This document shows, piece by piece, positions 35,851 through 49,517 of a DNA stretch of 64,000 nt. The translations under genes were made by a program, and so were the position numbers. The DNA comes from Octopus sinensis (taxonomy: Eukaryota): contig NC_043020.1 of the NCBI RefSeq assembly GCF_006345805.1, positions 20,708,001 through 20,772,000 of the forward strand, written 5' to 3'. The stretch's first letter is position 1. Each line of letters opens with the position of its first letter. The notes under the pieces were generated by a model. The model ran no database searches. It was not told the DNA's origin and saw only the letters and a list, made by a program, of their open reading frames with translations.

Positions 35851-38539
35851 ATTACTACAATTGCTAATATTCATTTTTCTTTTCTCCCTGCAATTCCCCA
35901 CCTTCTCTCCACACCTGTATGAAGGATAAACTGTATGATGTGATGTTATAGCACTGCTGTAAACTTGAGCATCACAAATTGAGTTTAATGGAAGATGCTA
36001 GAAGAAAAGGAAATTGCTGAATACTGGCATAATATGAATTTAAAGGAACAAACACTCGAGGAAGGGATTTGCTCTCCTTATCTCACTCTCCTTTCCAACT
36101 AGGGTATGTGTGTATCTACAGCAAAACACCTATCTCTGTCCCTCTATACCTTTAATCTCTCAACTGGCATAAAACCACCCCTCTAAATACTACTCTCCAC
36201 TCCAGTTGAGGAGTTTTTGTCTTTTTTGTCTTTTTTTCTCTGTCTTGCAAGGTACTTGGTGATCTTGACATTGCTGATGCTACATACAAAACACTGGTCA
36301 AAAGTACTGGTGCTGTTGCCACAGAAAAAGCACCCAGTACACTCTGTAAAGTAATTGGTATTAGGAAGGCATCCAGCTGTAGAAATCATGCCAAAACAGA
36401 CAATGATGTGTAGTGGCCTGGTGTGAGGGGAAAGATGAGTGACATGGTCGTTTATTCAGTTAAAAATAGCAGTCAAATTTTCCTCATATTACACTGTCTT
36501 GTCTTTCAAAAAATGAAATGTGACAGCAATGTTTATCATAGATATACAAAATGACAAGATATTTAATTCACTTCCCAATCAGCTGTGCTATTGTACTTAT
36601 GAAGTAATATAGACTGATAAAATTATTTAGAAGAAAGGAAAATCTTAAAAGTATTTATATCATTTTATAATAGTTCAAAACCAGTAAAACTGAACAATAA
36701 TTCACTAAACTCATAAATTTACCAATAAGATACTAGGATCAATCCAAGCCTTCTAAAAAAAAGTTTCCTGTCAAGAACTGGCAGAATTGTTAGTGCATCA
36801 GAATTGTTAATGCCTTGTGGTGTTAAGCAACAACATTTTACTTTTGGAATCAAAATTCTGCTAAAGCTAAGTTTGTCATTTTTGGGGGGTTGATAAAATC
36901 AAGTCTAACCCATGCTGGCATTGATTGGATGAGACTGTTTGACACTGTATTCTATAGCTGGATCCCCTTACTTGTTTTCAAGTAAGGTCATTTATTCTGC
37001 TAATCTTTGCCTATCAAACTGCCTAGTTGTGAGACATTGTTCATGTGGGATATAAACAAATGTTACCAAAGTAACATGCAATTGGATTGAACCTGAAACC
37101 ATTTTGTGTATCAAACTTCTTAATCACTCAGTCATGTGTGTGTGTGTCTAGTGCTGTTAAAGTATTCATTTTTCCATGTTCTAAGTGATATGTTATCACA
37201 GAAATAAAACTATCTAGAAATTTCTATATTTTTACGTCATTCAAATTTCTTCTATCTGAAAGTATATATTTGATTGAATCACCTCTCCTATTGTAATTAT
37301 CAAAAAAATTTAAAAAATACAAAGACAAAATGCTAGCCATGTCAGGATTTGAATCCAGAACTTGGTGTATACAAACACACTATCTTCTAAATGTAAATAT
37401 AGAAATTTAATTTTTACTTCATGATTTGTGTCTAGAAAGTGCATCCAGGTGTAAAAATAACAAGTAAAAATATCTACTTTAACAATAGATGTAAAATGCT
37501 TTAATTTACAGAACTATCCAAGTGATACTAGGATATAACAATTAATGAAAATGTCTAATTAAAGTTTATTATATAAGACAAATTACCTGTCTGAAATAAT
37601 TATTTACTGAATAAAACAAAGTCTAATTTGACAGGAAATTTTGATAGTATAAAGTTTATAGCATGAAAGAAGAATGCCATCATGTATTTTAACTTTGTGA
37701 CATTTCACAGAAGAAAGGAATGAATATGTAAATTGGATGTGGCTCTTTGACAGCTTTGGTAAAATAAAGGGAAAAAACACTGCCATATGCTGTAGTACAA
37801 GAATAGTTTGCAGTTCATAGAAGAGGAGGAGAAGACGCGTGTATGCCTATGTATAGTGACAAGCATTTACACAGTTGTGAGTACCACAGAGACTAATTAC
37901 CACTTTGTGGTTACTGAATAATTTTTGATTCAGAGGAGAATAATTGGACCTGGAATTTGTGTGTTTTGACTTTTTACTCCAAAAGCCTGACAGCCTATTA
38001 GAAAACTATTGATAATTACTAAACAGTCTTTCACACTGCCTTTGGAAATTTATCTTCCATTCTCATTATACACCTCCCCTCCTATCTCTCTCTCCCTCTT
38101 TTCCTTCCTTTCATTCATCTATCCATTTTCTTCCTCTTTCTCCTGTTCTGAAACTATCTCCTTGAACAATGGATCTAGCAAGGCCTGTGATTTAGCACAC
38201 ACACACACACACTCGTGCATACATATATATATATACTATGCCAGTTACAATATCTAACAGGTTTCCTGGAGGTTGCACATTTTCTGTTTCTGACTTGAAT
38301 CAATGGTTCCTTATTGATTGCAGACTTTGTAATTGGTTTGCATGGCATATTTTGTCAACAGTAAAGAAGTATATTTTATCAGACCTCTTGAAATAGAAAC
38401 ATGGCAAAATAAGGGATGCTTTTATTCCAGTTCATAGTAGTCTTGTTGCAATGTAGTGGCAAACTTTAGCTCTTGCATCAAATATCGACAGTCTGATGTT
38501 GCCTTTGAAGCTGTAAAGCAGTATAATTGATAATAGATA

Positions 38540-38752
38540 AAGGCAGTGAGCTGGTAGAATCATTAGTGTGCCAGGCAAAATGCTTAGCAACTTTTCATCT
38601 GCCTTAATGTTCTGAGTTCAAATTCCACTGAGGTCAGTTTTGCCTTTCATCCTTTCAGGGTTGATAAAATAAGTACCAGTTGAGTATTGTGGTCAATCTA
38701 ATTGACTTAACCCCTCCTCCGAAATTGCTTGCCTTGTGCCAAAATTTGAATC
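38540..38752 (+). mobile_element. SINE family C (aaggcggcgagctggcagaatc... head)
   Basis: Homologous copies at about 16190-16380, 42910-43095 (-), 49335-49510 (-), 52518-52680 and 55180-55305. Confidence 0.8.
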
Positions 38753-39374
38753 CTATATAATGTTACATAAACTTGTCCGCTTCCTATACCATTTGATAAT
38801 TGACATTGTCTTTCACTAAAACAAGTCAAATATAAAAAATTTTAGGTTAAGAAACATATTTTAATTTTTCAAGTGATCTATAAAACTTGTTTTTGTCAAG
38901 ATTGAAATGGCCCATAATCCTCCAAGGTGGCTGGTGTCACGTACCCTGCTTCAATCATCTTTTAAATATAGAGTTTTACATCATGTTTGACAATTCTTAC
39001 TTTTTCTTCTATACTACTCACCAAAATATTTAGCAAAAATATTGTTTTCTGATGTTACTAACAAGACCACAAAGTTCTGAGAGAGTTGAAGTCGATCATA
39101 TTGACTCATCTTGATTGTTACTTTCACTATGGTTAGGCTGTCATAAACTCCAGCCTTCTTTGGATGTCTTGTGTTGAACTTGATTGTTGTATTGGAATTT
39201 CAAGCCTCTCCCTTTATTTGATTTACAGGGGTACACTGTTTTCATCCTGCTCCTGTGTTTCACATTTTTGGCTTTAGTTGAATTATGTGAATTACCTTAG
39301 TGCTTTGTGTGGGACTGGACTCAATCTCTAGGTGACTGCACTGCATTATCCAATGTCTTTAAGTATATGCTATG

Positions 39375-39712
39375 CCTGTTGGTGAGATTATTTGTATTAA
39401 ATAGATGGTGAGAGATAGATCATAAAAGAAGGGCTCCCTCTTTTATAATTTATCTCTCACCATCTATTTGATAGAAATAATTTAGTGTTGGCCTTCTCTG
39501 CTGACAAGTTGTTGACAGGTTTATAATATCTGATGATACAGAGATGTTGGAGCCACTTTCTCACTTATCACCACAATGAGAGAGACGGCTCAGTATTCTC
39601 TAAACTAAACTTTAAATTTTAAAAGGTTAAGTTTTTAATTCACCTGAAGAAAACGTCTCCCCACCTCCCTGATGTAATCAGTAAAAATGTGTCTAAAACA
39701 GCTGTAGTGAAT
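39375..39712 (+). ncRNA. Cluster of hairpin and hammerhead-like relics (three units)
   Basis: Unit 1: hairpin with 19-bp perfect arms 39399-39417 / 39451-39469. Unit 2: CTGATGA 39530-39536 plus hairpin 39540-39601. Unit 3: ATTCAC CTGAAGA ... aAAACAGCTGTA GTGAAT at 39638-39712. Confidence 0.5.
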
Positions 39713-40040
39713 GTTAACCCATTTGTGTCCTTTCTTTATGTAAACAGCACATCTGGAACCTTCCCTGCATTGGACCTGGAACTCACAGTGGATCACGATA
39801 CTGCATACCAGCCTGCAGCTGTGTGTATAATTTCATACACATGTATATTTACATGGATGTGTATATTAATTTGTTTATATGCTTATGTATGTAAGTGTTG
39901 AAACATGTCTGTGTTTGCATTTATATATGCATGTGTGTCCATCTATAATATATATGCAGGTGACCTAATCTCGACCATAAATTGGTGTCCTTGTTTTTAA
40001 GGTACCTTGATTTAAATGAGTCCAAGTAACAATCAATATA

Positions 40041-40162
40041 CAGTAGGTCCCTGGTATTCATAAGGGTTACAATCCTAGAGTACCCGCGAATAGTTGAAAA
40101 CTGCAAATATTAGACATATTCCATGAAAATTCCTATAAATGTCAAAATATAACATAAAATAT

Positions 40163-40206
<44 letters not shown>

Positions 40207-42831
40207 TGTATACATATATATATATAATAATTTAATAAAAAATAAAGTAAAATGTACAGTTATTCACCAAAAGTGAATGATATTGATTTAAGATGATGAT
40301 GATGAAAATAATGAAGGTAGTGACTGCACAGCAAAGAAGATTTAAAGCTCTTCAGGTGACGCCTCTTCTTCAGATATTTTAGGGAATGTCGTATCTTTGT
40401 GCAAGGCTTTCTTGGCGGGCTTGAGGAACATTGCGATGGGAAGTTGTTGTTGTTTCTTCATGTTAGTGAGGAGAGTTTTATGTCTGCATGGCAGCATCGA
40501 TGCAGTTTTTCAATTGGAGGAACCGAACCATATAGGGATCCCTTACTTCCGCCTTCCCTTGCAATTACTTTGCTGTCCTTAAAAGATCAGATAGGCACTC
40601 GATTGCCAGGCCCACCTCATCCTCCTCTTCCTCTGGATCTGGTGCTTCTTCCTTTTCACTGGCAGACTTTGTTAACTCCAACAAATCTTCATCTGTCAGA
40701 GTTTCAGAGTGGGCATTGATGAGGTCCTTGACCTCATCTTGTGTGATGTCAAAACCTTCGCCACCAAGTACCTTTGCCAGTTTCACTGCATTGTTGACAA
40801 CCTTATGCTGAATATCTTCAGGTGAGGAGCCCTTGTAGTCCTGGACACATTCTGGCTATACCTTCTTCCAGTATGCAATGAGGGTTTCATTTACCATGTC
40901 TTTAAGAGTGGTGTGGATGATTGACAAGCACGTTGCGATCATAAAGTTATGCCAGTACTCCTTTAACTTGAAATTCTCATCCAAATTCATTGTGTCCACA
41001 AGGTGTTGGAGAGAGTTCTGAGTGTAATGTGCCTTGAAGGCACGGATCACGCCATGATCTATAGGCTGGATGAGGAAGGTGAAGTTGGCAGGAAGGAACT
41101 TGACTTGGACTCGCTTATGATTCAAATCCAAAGAGTAACCACCAGTATTACCCATAACTAGCAACACCTTGAATTCCATGCAAAGAGTTTGGAGGTATTC
41201 CTTGACTTGAGAGATGAAGCATTGGTGGAACCAATTCAAAATTAGACTTTTGGTAACCCAGGCCTTGGAGTTGTGCATCCAGTGGACAGGCATCAGATTT
41301 TTATTCTTATTTTTGAAGGCCCTCAGGTTATTGGACTTGTAGGTACGTCCTGGTTTCATCATGAAGCCAGCAGCATTGCCACACATAATTAGCATCACTC
41401 CATCCTTCTGTGCCTTAAATGTTGGGGCTCTGGCTTCATCCTTCATGATGTACGTTCTGGAAGGCATCTTCTTCCAGAACAAGCCAGTCTTATCCATGGT
41501 GAAAACCTGTTCCGGTTTGTATCCTTTGTCCTCGATGATCTACCTGAAGGTCTTGAGGTACTTCTCAGCGGCTTTTTTGTCGGCTGATGCATCTCTCCAG
41601 TCAGGGAAACACACTTTATCTGAAACCATTTCTGAAAACAGTCAAGCCATCCCTTGCTGATTTGAAAATCTTCGGGTTCCGGTGCAGTCAATGCTCTTGG
41701 TTGAGGTTTTTCGGTGCTTTCTGCTTCGTCTCCTCTGTTGAACTGCTGGTATAATTTCTGTGCTTTCTTGCAGATGATGTTATGGCTCAAGAGGATGTTT
41801 TTCTTCTTGCAGTCACTGATCCACAATGCCAAGGCAGATTCCATCCTAATGAAGTGCTTATTTCTCACTATCATTATCTTTTTGGCACTTTCAATGAAAC
41901 TTACTGCTAGAGTAGTCCTGATTGCCTCTCCATTCTTCTTCATGTAGCTTATGTAGCTTTCATTCTTCTTCATGTAGCTTTCATTGACAGCATAATAGCA
42001 ACCTACTGCAGCAGAACTTTTACCTTCCTGGAACTTATCCAGTGGTTGTACCTTCTCATGGATCATCATAACCTTTTTCTGGTGCTTAGGTTCACTGCCA
42101 GAAGCCTTAGACAGTATAGGGCATTTGGGCAGCATCTTAGGGCTTTAGTAACACGCTGCAAAAAACACAGCACTCAACAAAATACTGGATGCAGTTTTTC
42201 CAGAAAAAAACCTAAAAAAATCTTCCTTTAGTCTAATATGTGCATACCACCAATGGGAGATAGAGCAGAGATTGAAAATAATCATGGTTTTGAAAAATTT
42301 AGTTTGTATTACCACTAGATACAGTAATCTATACTATAATAATAAGAGAGAGCAAGAGAAAGAGAGGGACCAGCAAGTAACCTAATTTCAGTGAGGCTAT
42401 ATTGGCTCACGACCTTAGAAATTATCCTGTTGAAATAAAAGATGTGTATCATCAAATGTAGTGATGATTTTTAAAAAAGCGCTGGGAGCCGCTATAATAA
42501 TGAGCAAGCTTTGATTGAAAGCAGGAATAAGAGATACCAGATACAGTATAGTTGTATCTAAAAAAAAATCAAGCAACATGATGCATGGCTATTCTAATCA
42601 GAGGGACTTTCAGCTGCAAAGGGGCATCCAGTAAACCGACAAATACAGTATATTATTATTAATAATTTAGCCTTAAAAAGTGTGAAAAATTATATATTGC
42701 CATGAAAAGCACCATAAAAATCGTGGACGATATTTGTGATTTCACGAATATGTGGTGGTTTCTGCAAACAATTTTTGATTCTGCAAATAAACAGGACCAC
42801 AAATGCCAAACCACGAATAAGTGGGGGTACA

Positions 42832-42834
<3 letters not shown>
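40041..42834 (-). mobile_element. pogo/Tigger-family DNA transposon, full length but decayed
   Basis: Imperfect CAGT...TATTC TIRs at 40041 and 42834 flanked by TA. Minus-strand transposase 42135 to about 40450: CENP-B-type HTH (MESALALWISDCKKK) and DDE_1 motifs DKTGLFWKKMP, FLPAN..LIQPIDHGVIRAFKAHY. Confidence 0.9.
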
Positions 42835-42876
<42 letters not shown>

Positions 42877-45617
42877 TTTTTATCCATATAGCTATATCTG
42901 CATTTATGATTAGGTAAGAAAATCTCAAGATATTGATTAATAAATTAGCCCAAGTCCTCAAATTTAAGGAAGGGTATAGTTGGTTAACCCTGGAAGGATG
43001 AAAGACAAAGTCCATCTTCACAGGATTTGAACTTCAAATTTAAAGTATGCAATTAAATGCTACAAGGCATTTTGTCTGACACTTTACCAATTCTGTAAAT
43101 CCACTGATTCTCCCATCCAACTGATTTTGCCATTTTACTGATTTTATCAATCTACCAGTTCTTCTGATCTGCTGTCCTCAAAAGCATATAATATTGATTA
43201 CAAAGACAGAAGTTTTAGGAAAGACAAATAAGACTGGCTTTATGATAGATTATAACAATTAATCATATTTTTTTGGTTTAACTGTTGCTTGATAATTTAT
43301 GCATATCTACTTTAGTTTATGATGCTCCATCTATGAAAGAGACACTCTCTGATATTGAAATAGTTGTGCATTTTCAGGTTTTTTGGAGTAGATGCAACAC
43401 ATTGAAGATCTTTAATATAGATCTTAAATAACTCTGGTTTTATTTTGCTGTTTAATATCAAACAATTATTTAAACATTGTTTTCTGTCTTTTCTGCTCAC
43501 AAAAATACATTTCTTACCACATTTTTTCTTTCTTGTTCATTATTTTATATCAAATTTTCTTTATTTTGTCACAGTTTCATTATCTCATTAATATTTACCA
43601 AATACATTTCAAGTAGACTTACTTTCAAAAAATACAAACAATGTTCTTTGTTAGTTTATTGTAAACAACAATAAATGCTTTTAGCCTATGAGAAAGAACC
43701 TAGGATGGGCATATAACCATATTTGAATAGTTCATATTGATATTATTAAGCTTCTGGGAAACATTCTTTGGACTGTTATCTAATTTTGTTTTTATTATTA
43801 TTTGTTTGGTTAAGACCATTTGCAAATAAAATTGGTTAAGTTTAGCTATGTGTGTTTCTTAATATCAATAATCTTGACATGACATTTATTTTTGAATTGG
43901 TTTGCATTCTGGAGACATTTACTGTAGACCTTCTCTCTGAGGGAAAATGTAACAGAGAAAAAGAATGTCAAAAAGAGGAAATGACAAAGAAGGAGGAGGA
44001 GGTTAGCATTATGCATTAGAATCAATGTATTTGGTAATGCAATGGGTTAGCATGAGTGAAGGCCAGCCCCATAATGCCAGTAATCTAGCCTGTTTTATAC
44101 ATTATGGCATTATCTCAAAGTCATCAAATATTAAAGTCTCAGTTTATCAGTGGTATATTGTGGAGACAGAGACAGTATGGATATTTATATAATGAGGTAG
44201 ATTAAGATAATGTCTTATAAAAGAGATGTTACATGCTTAATTGATAATATACATTGTTTATAAGCAGTATAGAATTGTGAAATAGAAACAGTGTAGGAAT
44301 AAACATATTAGTAACATATTCTGAATAGAACTCTTGTTTTATACATCAATCAATATATTCATTCATTAATGGTGTAAGAAGCTTCATACTCCTGTAAAGT
44401 AAGGAAACAAATGAATTTTTTAGAAATAATTTAAATCAATGGATATAAACAGATTAGTGGATAAGTTTGGTTTGCATTTTAGAATATCAGCTGTCAAAAG
44501 AGAAAGCAGATTGAAACTGGGGTTGCAGAAACATACCGATTAAAGAAAGGTTATCACTCTAGCATAATTATTTTTAAAGTTGTCTATGAGGAGCTCAAAC
44601 TCTCTTGGAAGAAAGAGAATTACCAAAATTGTCATTTCTGATATCCTTAACATTGCAAAAATGTTTTTTACTTGAATGAATTAAAAATGCAACACTTATG
44701 CAAGTCATATGGAAAGACTCCATTTTCATTAATCTAATTCTTGATATGTGTAATTACATTTTCAAATACTATGTTCTTCCATTCACTTGGAGAGGGTCAT
44801 AATTGCATTCCAAAGAAAAACACCTTCACATTGCCTACTAATTATCATGGGATAATCTTTACTTCCTATTTCTACTAAGTTATACAACAAGCAAATTTTA
44901 AATTGTTTCTTACTCACAACTGAATACATACAATGTCTAATATTCATAAGTGACTATTTACTTCTATGTTTTACCATTAAAACAGCCTGTTTTCAGCAAC
45001 CAGTTTTAATGGACAAACTTGAAAATAAACAGCTACTATTAATATTAAATATTATCTTGAATCCACAAACAATATTTGAGTTCTTCATTCAAACTATTAA
45101 ACAAGCATATATATATATCCTCAGCAGCAGAAACAGCATGGTTTTAACATTCACTTTCTATGCCTGCATGTGTCGGATGGTGTTTAGTGAGGCAGATTTT
45201 TTGTGGTTGCATGTCCTCCCTGTCACCAACCTTCATCTGTTTCTAAGCAAGGTAATGTTTCCCCATGCACAAACATACTTTTGCAGACTATTGGAAATGA
45301 GTGACACTATCAGGCTATGTCAAGACAAGGAGACACAAACATGGACACTTCATCTCCTCTATTCATCTCTTTGCAGCTCCTACTGATCATTCTCTTCCTC
45401 CCTTCTAAATGTGAATAACCAGCTCCTCACCAAGAACCTGGTTCCTTCCCTTGATCTTGCACACATTACTGCACTTATCCCTTCCTCTCTAACACTGCTG
45501 TCCTCATTGCTACCCATCACTGCTCCTTTTACATCATTGACTTCTTCACATACACCTAACATGGAAAGTGGATGTTAAACGATGATGATGATGATCATCA
45601 TCATCATAATCTTCATC

Positions 45618-45694
<77 letters not shown>

Positions 45695-46269
45695 TTATTG
45701 TCTAAGTTCCAGTGTCTGCTTTGGTATGGTTTCTATGGCTGGATGCCTTTGCATTTTACAGGGTGTGCTGGGTGCTTCTTTTTTGTGCCACCTGTACCAT
45801 TGATGTAACCATACAGCTCACTGAACTACGAGTCCTGGGGTGGAAATCAGCTTCATGCTAGTGGACAAGGGGTTGAAGAGGAACTGAGCAGATTCTTGTG
45901 GAGGATTTGCATAGTTACTCACATCTAGTAGAGGAAGGGAAGAGAAAGAGATAATGAAGAGTAGGAGTTGCAAGAGATAATGGCGATGAGATGCCTAGAT
46001 GATCTCACAGGGTACATAAGTTGAAGAATAAGTTTGCAGAAATTGTATTGGAAAGGGAATAAGGGGACAAGGGTAGGAGGCAGACTGCCAAAATGGGTAG
46101 GGTTGAAAGGTAGATGAACAAGGAACCATGAGTTGAGGAAGACAAAGGGATGCATTAAAGAGTGGGGGTAACAAACAACAGAAGCAGTAAAGATATGATT
46201 GTTGGTGGTAGAGGGAACAGGAGAGAGGGGGCAGGGAGAAGAGGTAGGCTTAATGCATGAGAGCAGGTT

Positions 46270-46395
46270 TGTTCAAGAACCTCCTATTGCCAGAGATCCC
46301 AGTCCTGTGTTATCTGTTTTGTCGGGCTCAGGGTATTTAGGTCAGCCTTAACCATGTCATCACGTGTCTTCTTGGGTCTCCCTCTTTCTGTGGGG
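46270..46395 (-). mobile_element. RTE 3' ORF2 remnant
   Basis: Minus strand reads ...RGRPKKTRDDMVKADL..., matching the RTE tail at 8040-8100. Confidence 0.55.
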
Positions 46396-48002
46396 CATAT
46401 GCTGTGAGATAAATGTAGGTGTTGTGTTACCTTAAATATCCTATCAGGCATCCTGTCTACCTCTATTACTTCATTTATCTACCTCTCAGCTAACAGTATA
46501 CCTACCCTACCTGTGCCATCATTATTGCTCATCCAGTAGAGTTTGAATTCCTGTCTCTTACTTGTGAGGAGTTTAGTTGAAGATCACTTCCATCTTACTT
46601 CTCGCACATAGCACACATCTGCCTGTCTCTTCTCCAAAATCTCTGCTATCTCATTGTGCCTATGCTTAAAGTCACTACTCTAATGCTTTGGAACCTGCAG
46701 AAGAAAGAGGCCTGTCTTCTATAGTAAGGTTCTTTGTTGATTACAGTCTGCTGTGAGGAACATGAGTAGTTGGGCCATGCGTGGTCAGCAGATGGTTGAT
46801 TCATTTTTCCCTTCATTTTCCATGATTAATTTTCCCTTCATTAAAATTGCTATCATTCATTCATTTACTTATTTCTCAACACTTGCACATGCTTCATCAT
46901 TCAAAAGATTTTTGTTTATCAACGAATAAAAATGAAGATCAGAAGATAGAAGTAAAATGAGTAGCTAGGTTAGTCTTCCAAATGCCCTAATACAATGATG
47001 AGTATTCTTATTATGTAGCTTTGCTATATCTGTTTCAGATAGGGACCTAGTGTCAGGGTATGTGTACTCCTATATAGAGTGAAGATCTGAATACCACCAT
47101 AGGGAATGGAAGGAAGCCTTGCTACTATTGGGCATGAGAAATGAAAAAGAGACTTTCAGTACAGGGGTGTGTAAGGGTGGGTGTATGGCGAACAAAATGG
47201 TCATACACCTCATGGGGATGAACAGAAGACAGTCTTGGGAATTGTGAAGGAAAGAGCAAGAGAAACCAAATTTCTCATTAAAGTAGAAATGTGGGATTTT
47301 AGTTTAATAAGTCATGAGGTAAGGATGATAAAACTAAACGTTGCTAGAAGATAGCAAGAAATACCACATATGTTTGAATGGTTGAAAACAATAAAAGAAC
47401 TTACACAAAAATCCCATTCCATCAGATTTGTGTCAATCTGATTTTTAAAAAAATATGTTTTATATAATAAATAATTTTAATATAAGAATTATTTTGCGTG
47501 TGTGTGTGCGTGCGCATGTGTGTGCATGTGTGTGTGCGGGCATGTGTGTGTGTACATACTATGGGCTTTCAAACAGTACACTTTCCAAACGTGAAATGCA
47601 GTTGAGGCCCAGACCCAAAACCACATGATTGCAAAATAAACTTCTCAAACACTCTTAACTATTCCTGCATCGACATATAGGGTCGTGGTCATGAAAATAT
47701 AACTAAAACATTCAACCACTAACTCAAATACTTTTCCTGTTGATAGGGTGGTGCCCATTGGTCTCAGTTCAATCCCCGCTAGAACTAACATTAACTTTTT
47801 GACTTTTGAGGTCAATAAAAGTATGAAAGTATTAAGGATTTGGTACATATTGTCATTATGTCCATGCTAGGAATTATGTAGAGGACCAGTGGAACTGACA
47901 GAAAAGCAGATAACAAGATTTAAGGATTTTGTAATAATGTATTTTTTAACAAACTCTCTGGCTAATTGTGACACCAGTGCCTGTTCTAGCACTATCATTC
48001 TA

Positions 48003-48146
48003 TATATTGCTGGTGGGGAGAAGAGTCACTGCTATCTCTAGTAGTCAAGCATCCATCATTAACAAGACCAAGGAAAGTCAAAATCATATGATCTGGTGGT
48101 CTTGGCGCTGGGGGTGGCCGGGATTTATCTCCCCACTAGCAATATA
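48003..48146. mobile_element. Putative 144-bp MITE
   Basis: 19-bp terminal inverted repeats tatattgct(g/a)gtggggaga at 48003-48021 and 48128-48146 (1 mismatch); inner IR caagacca/tggtcttg. Confidence 0.55.
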
Positions 48147-48805
48147 AATGAGAGTAAATTTTGCATCAAAAGCCAATATGAGAGTTTCTCTCATGGTATC
48201 TACTACAGTATCATTTGTTCTAACAGAACATTCACATTTAAGTGGAGATAGATATTACCTCCCAGTATTAATACTGCCTCTGTCACTAATATATATTTTG
48301 TAATAATTGTTTTGTGATGTCCTACTTCTAGGTTCAAATCCTTCCAGGAGAAGACCTTGTCTTTTAGATCCTTCCAGGAACAAAAAAAAAATAAATAAAA
48401 GGTATTGGTAATTTTTACCAGCTATTTTTCTCTCAATAAAATATTAAAAAATATCCTGGTGTGTGACGCAATAGACTATGGTACACCCATTTCAATAACT
48501 TGCTTTGTTATGTGTTAAAACCTCTTTATTCCCCTTTATTTATTTTAACCATATATTTTTATATATTTCATGTTTGTTGAGCTAATAATATTTTGTAATG
48601 TAGACTTATTCCTTTTTAAGCTGCTTTTTTATGTAGATATGATAAAACTCAATAGAATTTCTTTTCTATAGAATTATAATTATTTCCCACTCTCAAATAA
48701 GAAAAATTCCCATTGTCAGTGAATTCAGTTAAAGGTGGAGAAGGAAAGTAAATAAATGAGAGAGAGAGTGGGGTGTCATACATCTCTGTGTGTAAGGTAT
48801 GTATA

Positions 48806-48853
<48 letters not shown>

Positions 48854-49517
48854 AGTCAATGGTGTGTGTGTGTAGGTATAGCTGTATATGTCCCAACATT
48901 TAGATGATTGGGTTACTCCTGGGGTCACTGACTTATGGTCAGTGTGGGATGCAGGCCTTAGGAACCATATGAGATGTTATCAGTGATATGGGGAGACTAA
49001 AACCTGAGATGTTTCTTCAAGTGAAATTGCTCTAGGAAGTGGTCTTACTCAATCACAATTTGGCTTCCGCCATGTCTGTATGAATGTGTGTGTGTGTGCA
49101 TGTGCACGTGCATGGTATACATGTAGGTAGGTATGTGTGTTGAACTTGCAATAAGTTAGCTAATAAAATTCACATATGAAAACACTCTTGTTTTATGCAA
49201 ATTTTAAGATAAAGCTAAAATTTAATGCTAGAACACATTCAGCATCTGAATTATTGTGATTTTCCCCATTCTTGAGTTCAAATGATATTTAATAATTATC
49301 TCTACAAGCACCTCACATCATAATAATTATTTCTAATTTAGGCACAAGGCCAGCAATTTTAAAGAGGAAGGTGTTAGTCAATTAAATTGGCCCCAGCACT
49401 CTAACTAGTACTTTATTTTATCAAACTCTGAAGGATGAAAGGCAAAGTTGATCTTAATGAGATTTGAACTCAGTATGTAAAGAACTGGAACAAATACTAT
49501 TTTTCAATACTCTAATG

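Noticed and set aside
35224-35901. Poly-L/S/H/K/E ORFs
   Set aside because: Trinucleotide repeats.
38420-38520. Minus-strand acceptor followed by SKATSDCRYLMQELKFATTLQQDYYELE*
   Set aside because: Protein-like but no recognisable family or partner exon; insufficient support.
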